A model generated the notes under the pieces. That model ran no database searches. It was not told the origin of the DNA and saw only the letters and a program-made list of their open reading frames with translations. A DNA stretch of 64,000 bases from Bugula neritina (lineage: Eukaryota > Animalia > Bryozoa). A program made the position numbers and the translations under genes. The stretch lies in the NCBI GenBank assembly GCA_964035545.1, contig OZ037772.1, positions 4,654,233 through 4,718,232 of the forward strand. The letters run 5' to 3'. Positions 44,849 to 60,011 of this stretch are shown piece after piece. Position 1 is the stretch's first letter. Each line of letters opens with the position of its first letter.

Positions 44849-46705
44849 TGTATGTCAAAACATGAACTATGAATCAATTACCGATACACTAGTTCTTAAA
44901 TTTCTGTCTAATAGTTGAATAAAATAGTATTTTCTAGAAACTCTACATTTTCACCACATGCTAAAGCTATGCTGCCTTTCAGGCAGCAGTGGTCATGTGA
45001 TCATGATTATATCTATCATCTTATACCGCTCTATATATTAGCGGTGGAAAACTTCGGGTCAACCAGAGGTAATATTCATTGTATTGGTGATTATCCTTCA
45101 GGTGGAGACAACAACTAACAGTGATGTAGAGGATTGTTTATAGTGTTGACTTCAGTAAACCTAACTTTGAAGAATGCATATTTTCTCTATCAGAGAAATA
45201 TTTATTTATTTGTAGATATAAAGAATAAAACTACTCAAAGTTTAGCATCTGTAGATATTCGCTTATAGAGTGGATGCTGCTATATTTTAAATAAAAATTA
45301 TGATAATGCCATAGAAAAAATATTATAGTGCACACAACTCATGCTTCTCTACATAAACCAACCTATAAAACTAATTGTGAATAATTCAAAAAAGAGATGA
45401 CAACTTCCATGCTTATTTTCGGTTCTTATACTACTTTATACTATCACAATTGACTGTAGTTATAGCAACTGCTTAGAAAGTTCAATTTTAATATACTGGG
45501 TTTATTATTGTTTAGAGTCGTACATACACTTGCTCTGCATTTGGACAAATAATTCTATTTCACATTGGCAGATAACTCCAATTGTCAAGGAATTGTTCTA
45601 TGCAGGGATTGTAAAGGGGAAGACAACTTCTAACAAATAATGCGTTGTTTCACATTTTACATGAATAGCTAGTATATATAAGGAATGGGGAATAAGTGCC
45701 TCTGCTTGCCTAAAGGCATCAGTTAGTGAAAGGTTGCTTCAGCCTGTGGTTTCTCACTATAAGCTGGTGGTCAGTATCTACCCTACTTATGACAACCAAT
45801 TTTATTTCAAATTTCTTTTTTTTGTTTATATAACAGGTCATGTTTATTAGATTAAGGAGCACAAAAGTCTGATCAGACGGTAGCATTTTGATTTTTTTTT
45901 TTTTTTTCGAATGAATTCATGGAAATTGTCTTCTGTCAGTGCACTTGATAGCATATTAATATATTACAGTTACAGCTACAAGCTAAACCTATTGGAAGAA
46001 ATTAGGTTTTACAAATAAATTGTGTCACAGGTAGCTATCAAGTGAAGGTTAGTAGGCTGTTGATTATTTTGTTTGAGAGATTATATTTATATATGTTAGT
46101 TGTTTATATGCATGACAAGAAACAATCTATTTGGCTATCCAACACTATTAGATAAGCAGTATAGTAGTATTTGACCAACTAATGCGTATTACAGGCTAGA
46201 ATGACTTGTAGGAATTACTTTGTCTGCAGCTATGTTGGAGTTATTTGCACCTGTATGTATACTTGCTGAGTAAAATACATTAATTTTTATTATAGCTACT
46301 GGCTAAGTAACTAAGATTTGTTGGTAACTAAACTGGAATTAAACTAATGCACAAATGAGATATATTTTCAACAATAAATACAATATATTAATGTATAATA
46401 AGATGACTACAAACATTTGATACGGCCTAGGTATACATTATATAACTAGATTGTTTACTAATCAACATCAACGGATGCGTAGGAAAAACTGGAATCCTGT
46501 TGAAGCTATGTATAATGATTTATACTGGAATTTGATCTCGCTGTATAGTTAAAATAAGCATAACAATATGTATTTTGCATTATAATTGATGTAGATTATA
46601 TTGATGAATTGGAATACCTAATACTATATAAAGTTTAATGATGCCAAATATTATCTTCTTCTACCATTCACTAAGCTGATTAGTTGCAAAATGCAGCTGA
46701 TGGAT

Positions 46706-49700
46706 TTAGTATTTGATTGTGTATTTCCTCAGTCCATCTCTACTTGCTAGAAACACTGTGTCTTTGTTATACACAGCGACATCAACCACCAAGCGATTAA
46801 GACCAATACTTTCTTTAGACACTCTAAGCACCAGTTGACCTTGAATAACATCATTATATTGTACCAGTTGGTGTGCATTGAGAGAAAACAGATTTCCTTT
46901 AGAAAGAGCATAAAACAGATAATATTAAAAATAATGAAATTTATTCAGCAGCTACACTGTTTTATTCTTCTTGCTATTAGTGCAAACACATTTAGATGCC
47001 AATTAACTAAACTTACTACAATAAACATGTTAAATGTATACCTTCAAGTGAGAGAATAAGGAGAGGTCCTGTGCCTGAGCAGATGTGAATCAGTTCAGAT
47101 GTTGACTCAAAAGAAATGCCAGTTGGTTCTGGGATGTGTGGAAACTCCCACATTTGAGTGAGAGTTGTGTTCTCCACTTTATATCTTCTCACTGCACCAT
47201 CTTCAGTGTGGTCCCCTATAAGGATACTTGAGTCTGGGAGAATGCATACAGGTTGAGGGTCCTGCATATTGGGAACTGGCAGCTTTTGTATTTTATAGTC
47301 AACTAAATCACACACTACCAGCTCTTTTTCTCTACTGTCTACAACATACACTAAAGATTGACGTTGAGCTATTCTATAATAAGTGGGTACATCTGCAAAC
47401 TGTGTATAGAGAGACTGAGACTTCTCTAAGGAAATCGGATCAAGAAGCATGACTTCAGCTAACTTTTGTTTCCAGTTATAACAGCTGGCAACTACTACCC
47501 CTTCAGGTTGTATAATCTCTCCCCAACCCGTAGTGTAGGTGTGTTTCACTGCGCTGATGGTATTCAGTGTGTCTCTACTTATTGCTTTTATACTTTCTTG
47601 TGTTCCACACATCAAATGTCCATCGACTGTGGCATTCACTGTGTAGCACCCTCCATGCAAAAGCAGTCCATCAGATTGTAGAGAAGATGGTGGTTGCAGC
47701 AGCTTCAGGCCCAAACTGTTTTCACTGACTGCAACAATCAAGTATAATGATCTTATATATTGATAATCTAATCCAAATCAAAGTACTTGCAGGGGTCAAT
47801 ATAACCTCAGATGGCACTCAACATATAATATACAATTTAAACTAATTGCTGAAATGTGAGGCAGAGATCTAAATAGCAGGATTTTATTAATAATAAAAGA
47901 AAGTATAATAGTCAACAAAACAGTGCTTTATAGCAACTATTATAGCTTATACACAGTGGTAAACCATGAAGTACTGCAAAATTGATAAACAACGTGAGAG
48001 TAGCACACAACTCAATCATTTCAGGAATATCTACTGTGGTCTTGAGATTACCCATTAGCCTCTGTAGTCTTCTGGCTTGCAAACTAGAGGTCTGAGGTTT
48101 GAATCTTAGCATGGGAAATATTATTTTACAAGCCATTTTGACTTTTAGTGAAGTTATAGAGTATTCTAAGGGAGTTGAGAGTTTAAGGAAGCCTGAAGAC
48201 TGAAAGAACAGTAGGGAGGCCAGTTGAACTTGAGTGAAATAGAAAAGATTTAGGGTTGAGATAACCCAGCAGCTTGATTTGTTAGGAGTGGTTTGCATGA
48301 TAGTTAGAACACCAAAAGTCTGCGGTCTGTATTCCAGTTGAGGGAAAGTTATGTTGCATCAACCTTAAACTGCAGCCACTTTCTTTAATACTCTACTGAA
48401 GTTTCTCTTTGCGTTTTATATTTCATAAATATTTGAAAAACACCGTTGAGTGTATGTTAAGCTGACAAGTATTTATAAGTATATATTGCTTTTAATATTC
48501 GTACTCCACCTACATGTTGGTACCAAGATGCTGTCTGGAAGTACGCACTCCTTTATTACACCAATATGTGTAGCCTTTTCCATTTTCTCACTCCACACTT
48601 TATAGTTTCTTACAATTTCTGCATCATTGACCTTGTCAGCTGCATTTTTTACTGTGTCCAGCAAAGACTGTCTGCCCATTGTCTTGCTCAAGGCAATGTC
48701 AATTTTATAGTTATCCACTATCTGTGTGCAGGTTTTCAAATATCCATATATTTCTAGCCTCAGGTTTGTAGCTCTCTTTCTAATCTCTTCTATCTAATAG
48801 ATAGTAACACAGTATATTTACATCTGCACCTCACAACTTCTGCATTTAAAATAAAATTGGGTCATTTTAATTAATTTAGTACACACTGAAAGTCTCCACT
48901 TTTTAGCTATTTTTCGCAATTTAGCTTTTAACGAATATGGGTTTTTGCCGAAAACTAGTTAATTATCACTAAATACACCTAAAAAATCAAGGTGCTTTTT
49001 GATTTTGCATGCTTGACTTCCTTTATATATTGATTGCAGACCGTCACAAGAAATTAGACAGCAGCTGCACAAGAATATTTGAATCATATTTTTGGTAAGC
49101 TGAGCTACACGTGAGCTACACATGAAGAATGGCTGCTTTGTTAACAGTAAGGTTCTGATTACAATCAAAAATTAATTTGCACACAAAACTATTTCAGACA
49201 AATAATCGATAAGCTTACCTGAGCATCAGCTACAGCATTTACTCTGGCAACCATCTTCTTCACTTCATCTTCTATTTTACTCAGTTCTTTCCAGGCACCC
49301 TTTGAGATGTCATTCAACTCTGCAACTTTCTTAGTTAAGGTTTCCATTTCATTAGTTAGACATTTTCGTAACTCACAAGACAAATCACTAAGAGATGTGA
49401 TGTCATGGAATGCTGCTTTCGTTTCTAAAAGTAACCGCACAAGAGTCAGTGAATTAATATCATCATATAACATAATATTAAACTTTTAGTGCATCTTATA
49501 CTAGTTATAAAAACAGGGAACAACTTATGTTTTATACACATCCTATGTAATTACTAAACCCTTGAATTCTGTCAATAAAGTGTTGTTTTTAGCTTTGATC
49601 ACAACCCACTCTTCAACAGCAGTGATTAACAAAATGGAACATTCTAGAACAATGTCACTACATATATTCACTGCAGTTCAAATTACGAAGATATGAACAA

Positions 49701-51195
49701 ATAGTAAAAACAATTTTTATAACAGCTCTTTAGAGAAATATAATAAAAACTCAAGTGATCAATGAGGTATTTTATATATTTAATGTAACAGTAGCAATAT
49801 AAACCTTTTCTGTCCTACTCAATACTTATATTGCTGAGGATAGTTGAGGCTGTACACCTTAAGTTTATGAAACATGAGACTAAGTTTAAGTATTCATGAC
49901 AGTTTAATCTGTGAAAATGTTTTTGACTTCGCCGTTTCCTAGCTGTTACATGACAGACAAATAATAAGCTTCTGCTTGACGATTATTAGTTTTTCTTTAT
50001 ACAAACAGAGATAGTAACTATATACCTGTATTATTTTTACAATCAGTCCTCATATCACATCTCATACAGAATATCTGGTGACACTTGGAACACACTTCTG
50101 TCAGCTGTTGATGTTTATGATGTTCACATTCAGTTAGAGTATATCTTTGGGGAGAAGCTCTGTAGACCTCAATGTCAATAAACTGATGTCTATCTCCCAT
50201 CAACTCCTTGTGGTTCTGAATAATAAATATCAACAGTTCAAATGCTAAAACTTGTATTATTGAGAAAATCATGTGTTAAGTTGCATTTATCTTTCACGAT
50301 TTTCAGTCAAAAATTAAATTTGGCACAGTTGAAATTTCAACGAGTTGCATCACGTTGTAAAAGCCATTCCTCAAAATTGTTACATGTACTGTGATTACTG
50401 AGTCAGCTAATTTTAGAATAATAACCAAACAAAATAATAACTCCTTGTAGTTATTGGTATAATGTGACTTTAGAGACAAAATGACATACTTAAACAGCAA
50501 TAAATAAGGCTTCAGCAATTAAACTATAAAAACTTCATGTTTATAAGTGTGTGATTTACACTATCTGCTATCAACTTTAACAATTCATCACGTTTTTTAA
50601 GTGCATAAAGTAGCGATTAACAGAGTCATTATCCACAATTAAAACTTGAGATTTTGCATTTATATAGTTTCAACAAGTTTCAGTAAAACTGTAACGATGT
50701 GTGAGATTAACTGAAGCTGGGAACTTTTCTCAGCAGAAGTATGAACCAAAACTTTGGCAAAAACATTTGCACAAACTCAAAAGATTTTTGCTCAATCTTA
50801 TTCCACACACAACAGAACAGATTTAAAAGCAATCCTTAGACAAAATTCTAGAAAAGACTCACATCTTGATGACGTTGACACAGTTTCTTCTCACTCTCAA
50901 CACAGAACACGGCAGCTTCTGTTGTATCTTTACACACATCACAGGGAATGGGTGCAGGTTTGGGTAAATATTTGTATCCTAAAGAGTCACCATACTGAGC
51001 TACTGGCAGAGTTGTGGGATCTGTGATGTCATAAAATTTTTTCCTAGAATATATTGTTCAGTGTTTAAGCTGTGTATAGTACAATTAGTATAATATTTAT
51101 AACAAAATCATATCTTAAGTACGTATAATGAAAAACCTTCACTTTAACACACGTGCATATAACTACTTTGTCGACATCAAAACCTCTAGGAAATG

Positions 51196-51264
<69 letters not shown>

Positions 51265-52270
51265 TAAATAGTCACTAATAATAAAGATAACATCAACTGT
51301 TATTCATATTGTTGAAAGGACAGGATTACAAATTGACAGCTTTGGTGATAACATAATATGTCAATAACGATGCATAAAGTATTGACTTTGACTCATAATC
51401 ACATGAAAAAAAGATTAAACACATTGCCAGATAATTAATTATGATTCATGAGTTATGTATACTGAAACAATTCGACTCAACACAATTGAGTAATGGTAGA
51501 AGAAGGAACCAACTTGTCATATAGCTAAAGAAACACCAAATTTGCAGAGTTTACTATGCAGTGATTAGCAAACAAATACTATTGCACCAAACTACTGCCT
51601 ACCAGCTCTATATTATAATATATTCTGCCACAAAGTTCTCACACACTGCTGTATTTTATTAGTGGAGAAACTTTTGTTTTCTTGTGCTATAATGCAAACA
51701 ATATCCACTACATACTACATATCACGTACTATTCCTTTCACAATGACAACAGCATTCAACTACATAGCCGTGTGAATGGAAATGTAACAGAAAAAAGGCA
51801 CCATAAGATATATTACTCCATGAGCAAGAAATGAAAAGACAACCTTAAGTTCACGAGACACCACAGCACCACAATCGTACAAGGGAGTACAACTCATAGT
51901 AAATCTACAAAACAATTGTAGTGTTTTCCTTTCAATTGCCACACAGACACTCAAAAACTTTGTAACCAGAGTTTAGGTAAAATATGCAATGTTTGCTCTT
52001 CAAAGATACGGATCAGACAACTCCTAGACGATAGGAGTGACAAAAGCAGATGTAAATCTATGAAAGTACATTATATACTGTAACTCACCTACAATAAGCA
52101 CATCTAATATGATCCTTCCTACCACCAATGTCAGTCTTCAAACATCTCATGCAGTACACATGCAGACAGGGCAGAGTTCTGGGGTCTTCAAGTTTGTTGA
52201 AGTACTGCAAACAGTACCCACAGCGATACGAATTGTTGAGGCTCCTTCTCACAACTCTTGACTCTGCCAT
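46706..52270 (-). CDS. TRIM-like E3 ligase (RING, 2 B-boxes, coiled coil, NHL-like propeller), paralog 4, 619 aa
   Basis: Exons 52270-52089, 51043-50863, 50215-50026, 49424-49219, 48793-48514, 47728-47042, 46839-46706. GT-AG introns, frame open. The last intron is only 202 bp. Confidence 0.88.
50278..50754. mobile_element. Decayed TIR MITE (family of 60012-60460) in intron 2 of paralog 4
   Basis: AAGTTGCATTTATCTTTCACGATTTTCAGTCAAAA... is colinear with 60012 onward. It explains the enlarged intron 2. Confidence 0.75.
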
Positions 52271-53007
52271 TGGAACTAGATCTAAGTACTTGTCAGTGTT
52301 AAGTCTGCGTTACTTGTCAGTCAAGGAATTATCACAACTGTGAATACTTTATAAGTTACCCTGCAGGAAGAACTGAGGTTGACATGACATGTTGAGTCAT
52401 ATGACATGCAGTAGCCAGTTATGTTTAGCTTATAGGGAAGTGCAATTGCAGTTTCTACATTGTAGTGTTAGTCAGAATGATAGTGCTTGATGACTATTGC
52501 ATACATGGTAGGCTATAGCCTGCATTTGATTCAGGAACTAATTATAGTTATATCAGTTATACATAGTTTTCTCTTCTGTCATAAGATACAGTGCTGCTGT
52601 TATCAATCAAGTTAGGCTTTTTGTAACTCAAACAAGTTAGTTTTTCAAGTATATTCAGCATATGTGTTGTTGTTATTAAAACTCTGTTCCACTAATACAC
52701 TATAAAATAAAATTATTTGATAATTGCCAAATAGATCATGTTTCTTATAGAATACAATCATTTTCTGTTTAATGCTTCATTAAATAAAAAAGGAACTTTG
52801 GCATGTTGTTTTCGAGAAATTTATTGAGTCACATAACTCTATGTTCTTAGCAAAAAGGAATTTGTCTGCTCAGTTGACAAGTAAAGAAAAATGAACTATT
52901 ACAATGTTGAGTATTTATTTACTCTCGCATGCTTCATGCCTGTGTACATTTCATCATTCATATACTTATCAGTTCTATATGTTTGCATAACCACATAATG
53001 TTATTAT

Positions 53008-53168
<161 letters not shown>

Positions 53169-54393
53169 GTATAAGCGTATGTTAAAATGCTATGTTATGT
53201 TGTATATAACATAACATTTTAACTAAGTAACACGGAGCAATACTTTTTTGACATCATAGTCAGCATGCGTTTTAAGCAGAATTTTGATTTATAATATTTT
53301 TTCAGCAACTAATAGACTATAGAGGTCGCTGAGTAGAAAGCAATAATCTATTTTTATTATCATCTAATGTTTGGATTATCTTTAGTATATGAGCATTTTA
53401 ATCTTTCAACTAAGAAACATTGCATGGATTATCATAATAATTAATCTTAGTATTTAATGAGTCATGTTGGAATGATTCTACATTACTTTGATGTATGTAT
53501 GAACATGTTATAAAACTCACTGTTACGTCAGCAGGTTATGCTATATAGTGTTGTATATGTCCTATCAGACACCTGGTTTTTCGGATTCTTAATATAATGT
53601 ATGCATAATCATATAATAGTGAATAGATTTTAAATCCTGGCATCTATAATATTATATATACACGCATTAAACTCTTTCAAATAAAACTATATTATGCATC
53701 TTTATACTGGAGTGGTTGAACGTAATTCTTTTATAGTATGCAATGAGTCACACGTTATTGATGAATGCTATATGCATTAAATACTAAAGCTGATATAGTT
53801 GTCATCTGTCAACAGGTTCTGCTATAGTAATATTTATCAGAATCCCCGAGTTGACATGCATACATGCCTTACTTTGTGCTACATGCATGTTATTATAGCC
53901 GGAACTTGTGACTCATATTATATTAAAAACAAGCAATTAACGCAATATGGAGAATGATAAGTCCACTGCTGTATTACCAGAGATAAACTTTTGTCTTACT
54001 TCATAATTTGGTTTATGAAAATGAATGAAAGCTGATAAATAGCTGTTAGAATAAGATTTGTAAGCAACTGCAAGCACATGTAAGTATATATATATAGAAG
54101 CACCTATAGTGACACTTGAAAAAATCTGTAAAAAATGTCAAGGTAGAAGAAAATATGAGCCTAAAAATCATGTGATGTTTACATTTAAGGAATCATTTGA
54201 AGTACAGTCATTCATTTATACAGCATCTTTCAAAAATAATTTTGCTGTGTATTGCTTTCTGCCTTAAAATATATTTGATGTATAGAAGAGCTAGGAATTG
54301 AACAGAAGAGAGAAATAGAGAAATGGTAGAGAGAAAGTGATGAGTTTGTTTTATAGTGATAGAACACTATCAGTAGACAGACTGCTGGACAAT

Positions 54394-54421
54394 TTTATTT
54401 ATGTTATATTTGTGTTTTATT
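54394..54421 (-). terminator. Two AATAAA polyadenylation signals of the cationic peptide gene
   Basis: AATAAA on the minus strand at 54421-54416 and 54399-54394, about 115-140 nt past the stop. Weak evidence in AT-rich DNA. Confidence 0.5.
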
Positions 54422-54536
54422 TAAGCTCAAAATTTTTAAACAAATGTTGACATAAGAACAAAATAAATAAAAAGCTGAATGGGCATTGCTTGAATTAAGT
54501 TTACTGTGAATTTTCAGTTCATTTTTAGCTAATTGC

Positions 54537-56135
54537 TTAACTCCTTTTTTGATCTCGCCTTCTGCTAATTCTGTTCCTCACGTTTGACCTAGTTCTGGCC
54601 CTGATTCTATCCGCTCTACTCCTGGGAGCCCCAAGTCTTTCTGTAAGAACTGGTCTTCTTCCAATAACTACCGGCCCTTTGTTTCTACATCTGACAGCTC
54701 TACCTCTACATCCTACAATACAATATAGAAACTTAGCTTGAGCAATAATGGCATGAAAACGCTGAGCCTTGACAGATTATATATTATAGGATTATCTTGA
54801 TGAGCCTAGGCTTATATGCTTGATTTGTATTTTTCTTAATCCAGTGTATAATCTGAGATAATACTTTAAGCACTCTTACTATAATTATCATGCCATTTAG
54901 GCAGATGCAGAGTTAATATGATCAAAGCTGAAATCAAGAACTATTTGCAACAAAATAGGAAAATGAGCCAATTTATTTAAAATGATGAATTTCTTAGAAA
55001 AAAAGAACAAATTTAAGTTGTTTTGTTTAGAAAAACAGTTTTTGGGCTCTGGTAACTTGGCAGTGAGAGATTATCATTGATGTCAAACATGCATTATGCT
55101 TTATGCATACATAGGCTAGAGTCTTGTAAAGCTTAATTATTGTCGAGGCACTTGGTTAGCAATATTAAATGCAAAGATAGTCATCGAAATAGAGAAATGA
55201 TTGCCAATTGGCAAATAATTTTTGAAAAGTTTTTGGTGTTTAAATAAAACTTTTGTCGGTTTAAATATATTTACAGCAATTGTTATGAATATCTGTATAC
55301 TAATAAGGGCAAGCAGTATATTTCAATTGGCAAATGGGGCAATCATAAAATCATTGAAGCTTGAAAATTCAAAACAATACCATGCCCTTCTGTTGAAGCT
55401 GTGAATTTTTTTACAACTTGTTTGTGTTATAATGAGATCACTGCTAATACTTTGATAAAACAATAAAGCATATGATTAGCTCATTATGGTGTCATTAGGT
55501 CAGTTGAGTGAAGATATACATGAGCTGATATTTAGATGTTCCAGTTGTAAGTAACATATTATATACGATTTTATTGCATGTATCCTATTTCTACATATAG
55601 TTTGCAAAATAGATGTGATTGTTGCAGAAGAAAAACTTTGCAGCCTTACTTAGCTGTATTATTTGTTATAATATTTACAACTAATATATAATCACCTACA
55701 GTATTATATGTATAGCAGATAATTTTATATACATCTGTATAGTATATTATAAATTATACATGTAGTATATTATACACAATTAGTATATTATCAATATTTA
55801 GTATATCATCTACATCTGATACATCTGCATTCTATACAGTGTCTTTTATAAAATGTCTACAAAGCCAGTGATGATACAAATATATTTGCTCAATCAACAA
55901 CACTTGACTTATATATACTCACAATATTAGGCTGTCATACCGGCAACTCCATATTCTAATATGCACATTACATATATACAAGTATAATATTTGTACATAT
56001 ACTTTACGTTCTGTGCACTATGGTTTCATACAGAGATGAATTATTCAACTTACTACTTCTATTAGAATGAGCCAAGTCAACCAATAAGGCAAAGCACAGC
56101 ATAGCCAGGAAGATGGTAAACAAGATGCTTCTCAT
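54537..56135 (-). CDS. Secreted Arg-rich cationic peptide precursor, 85 aa (candidate antimicrobial peptide)
   Basis: Coding exons 56135-56054 (donor A|GTAAGT) and 54712-54537 (acceptor TTGTAG|GA) join in phase 1. Product: MRSILFTIFLAMLCFALLVDLAHS-NRSRCRGRAVRCRNKGPVVIGRRPVLTERLGAPRSRADRIRARTRSNVRNRISRRRDQKRS*. An acceptor lies 2 nt before the ATG, and an upstream non-coding exon ends at 56345 (CAG|GTAAGA). Confidence 0.78.
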
Positions 56136-56249
56136 TGCTAGGAATATGGTTCAAATCTGTTTATTCTACAAAGTAAAAATCATAAAAGCAAATATAGGAG
56201 TCTGCTTATGTGTTTATTTCATATAAAATGCTTTCCAAACACACGCAGA

Positions 56250-56322
56250 AACACACACACACACGCACACGCACACGCACACGCACACGCACACGCGCAC
56301 ACACACACACACACACACACAC
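56250..56322. repeat. (CA)n/(CACACG)n microsatellite in intron 1 of the peptide gene
   Basis: Seen directly. Confidence 0.93.
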
Positions 56323-56344
56323 AGAGCATAAATTAACGTCTTAC

Positions 56345-56401
56345 CTGTATGCAGGAACGACAGCTGTGGTCTTAGCCCTGTAAAGTTTCTTCAGTTTTAT
56401 A
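56345..56401 (-). promoter_or_regulatory. TATA box and short non-coding first exon of the cationic peptide gene
   Basis: TATAAAA at 56401-56395. Predicted TSS near 56370. Strong donor immediately after 56345. Confidence 0.55.
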
Positions 56402-59400
56402 TCAAGCTTTTCAGTTCATTTATAATATTTCCTGTAGTAATGGAGGAAGTAAAGATTAAACTAATAAAACCACATCTGCAGGAACTTAATAATTAGCCTT
56501 GAAATGGATTAAGCAGAGAATCAGAACTTGCTCAGCTATGAAATCTCATCAAAAGCTACATTATACCACAACCATCATGTAATCATGTTATTTATTATAA
56601 AACCTGAGTCTGTGTATCACATTTCCTAAACTAAGATGTTTTAAAACTTGCTAGCATGAACGCTAGTCTATTATCTATCAGGGTAGTCCAAAATATATTT
56701 GTGTGGCGCAAAATTCACTAGAGTGGTCTAGGATCTAGCATGGATTGGCCCAGTACTCCATAGCCTAGAGTGGTCTATGTACTATAGGGTTTGATCGGGT
56801 GATGCAGGGTCTGATCGAGCATGCCCAAAACTTATGTAATAGAATGGTCCAAGATATCATAGAGTTATCCAGTATTTTATAGAGTAGCGTAAAATCTGTA
56901 AAGCTAATCTAGGCCGTTTGGGAGGCTGGACCAGTTCCAAGTATGCTGGCGCAAATCCTAAATAGATAAACAGATAAAGATGCAATTTCTTTAAACTACA
57001 AACCATTTATATTTTGCGGTTTGAAGTTGTCTTCTTTTATTTTCTGCATTATGATTGACTTAACAGTTATATAAATATTGAACATCATAACTAATTAGTT
57101 CCCAATGCAGCTCTAAAAGGCATTATTATATGTTTTGCCAAACATTTATTTTTCTCTAAAACTTTGCTTCAAGACCATCTACAGTAAAATGGAGGTTATC
57201 TGCCCTTGTTTGTATCAAACTTCATAGGGTACATATAAGAGATAATTTTTAATAAAGATTATATTAACTGATTTCTTTCTTCATTTTTTTAGGAATACTT
57301 TCATTGCTTAGAAAATGTTTAAAATATTTCTCCCTCAGAGTCTTACCCTAGCGGAAAAATATTAAATTTTTATAATTACAGTATAGTACAAGCCACAAAA
57401 ACAAACATACAAATAAACAAACAAATAAACTAAAAATATATACATAACATGTAAAAGACAGTTAGAGTTATGGAATAAATATCAGTATATGCGATATTTC
57501 CTTATAAGATTTTTGCAAAGTAAATATATTTTATACTGGTTTCAAAGTACATGAGAAACAAGCCTGCATGATTACTCTCTTTGTCTAACACCTGTGCCTG
57601 TAGTAAATGTTTAGAAAAGTTGATCGAAAATATGCCCTATATTACTGGCCAGGGCACTTAGTTGTAAAAAAAAATTTAATCATCTAACCTTGCTATAAAA
57701 TATTATGTAGTTTGCCTCTATAAATACATGGGCTTATGACTTCTTTTAAACAGTCTTAAATAAAATGATGATGCGCTTCCTTAGAGATATACACAGGTTG
57801 AGAGGGTCCAAATGAGCCCATGGCTTGGCTCTCTCATGGTCCATGAGACCTTCAGGCTATCTAACATAATAGATGTACCATGTTGTCAACGGAATAACAT
57901 ATTCCAATGCATGCATGTAATATGCACTTTAAAAGTGTTTTATAGTAGCATAGAATAGTAGAGTAGGCGATAAAAAGATAACGACTAGTATAATCATCAT
58001 AGTTTAATTGATACACTAGCTAACTGCTTATTATACAATACAACAAAGTGTAGTATAGGACATAAAATATAATTAGTGAGATACGACAGAACACACAAAT
58101 AGAACACCGAATGCGTTCTCTACAAAATTATTTTAAAAGAACCTTGCTGCTGGTCGTATTTTTTTCGTGCAATTTTTCCCAATACAGGTTTTTAGCATTA
58201 GATGAAAATCTTTTAATGCAACCTATACATTTCAACATATTACAAGGCAGCGGCAGCTGGCCATAGGATATGTAATGACCCACAACATTGGAGATTGCTA
58301 TTACAGGCAGTGCTGGGCAGCTATAAGGTGAACTTTGTAAAATATATATTAGTTTTAGAGAGAAGACAACTACAAATACATGTAGTTAAAGAGACAAATG
58401 CTGAAAGTGCTATTTACATAATGGCACACTGCATATTAATGTTGTGAAAGAAGTAACACCAGTTGCGTTATTGAAGTCATGATCACCTAAAATTGCATAA
58501 CAATTATATTATACAATTTGATTTTATTAAATTACAGTTGAAGTATATTTCTCTCGCTTCTATAAAAAAACATATGATAGTATTGACTTTACACAAAATT
58601 TTCAGCTATATATTACAAGTATATATGAAGTATGATTTATAACAGAAAAGCCATATAACTTGATAATATATCGAAGACTACCATCATCTATTTATGATCG
58701 TCAAAAGATATTTGATTTAGAACCTAAAGTTATTTAAGTTTAAACCTGTTGAAATCCTGGCATGCAGTCTTAGATAGTTTAATAGCTTTTAAAACCAGCA
58801 CACAAACAATTTTAAATATATTTTCTTAGTAGCATATTAGGCTAAATGAAATTTAAAAATTATAGCTGAGAAATTTGAAATTCTATTAGCTGTAATTAGT
58901 TTAACAAATCATCCAGCTATAGAGTTACAACTGCATATTTTACAGTATTCAAAATATGCAGCAAATAAAAAGTGCAGCAAAAATTTGGTGTGATAAATCA
59001 CTATGTTGCTAAAGGATTTCTTCGGTCTGGAAAGCTCAGGCTACAGCTTTTAATTTTGGTAATAGAGAAGACAACTTATAAAGTGCATTGCAAAACTTGG
59101 TTATCTTTTGAAAACAGCAAAGTTTTATTTAATGTGTTTGCAATACAATTGAACTTTTTATCTACATACAATAAATGAAAAAATATTATTAATCTGATTG
59201 ATATTATTAATATTATTAATATAAATGCTACTTCAAGTAAACTTATCAAAAATTATAAAACTGTAGAGTAAAAATAGAAAAGATGGAACTTTTAATGTAC
59301 ATTATCGGCATCAATTTTAATTTAGGTTTTAATGAAAAATCAATCCTTTGATCAAAATTGAGGTTTCTTTGTAATTTTCTAAAAGTTTCAAGATTAAAAA

Positions 59401-60011
59401 TATATTGAATATAAAAGCAATTATGAAAATACAGCATAAAATTATTCTAATAGTCATATGTGTGCCTTTGAAACCTATAAATATAAAGCAAACATTTGTG
59501 TGACACTTGTGGTCTTCTATTTTATAGTGATCAGTTGTGGTGTCTTGCTAAAATGGGTGCTGCACCAAAATTTATTATTATTTTTCAGTTTTTTATTGAC
59601 ATGCTGAAGAAAATTCCAAGCAAATTTAGCAATCCAACAAAATGAATGAATTGGTCGATGACATGTTAGACAGTGAAGCCATGAGTAAACACTTAATGAC
59701 TCCTAAATTTTTTTTGTCTATTAGCATATTGTGGGGCAAGCAACTCTTACTGCCAAATTTCAAATTACACTTTATGTGGTAAAAAAACCCTAACCCTGGG
59801 CTGTTTCACTAGGTTCTGACATATACAGAGCTCACAGGCTACAGAATTATTTCATTATAAGCTGCTTTGAGTTAGGAGTAATTGATTGCAGCTGGTTTAG
59901 GATTTTCAAGTTTGAAGTTGGGGTTTAAATTGGAAATTGGAACTCCCAATTCCTAACTCAAGAATTCTAAACTATTCTACACTCCATCACCCCAAGTGAG
60001 AGCTGCTTGTA

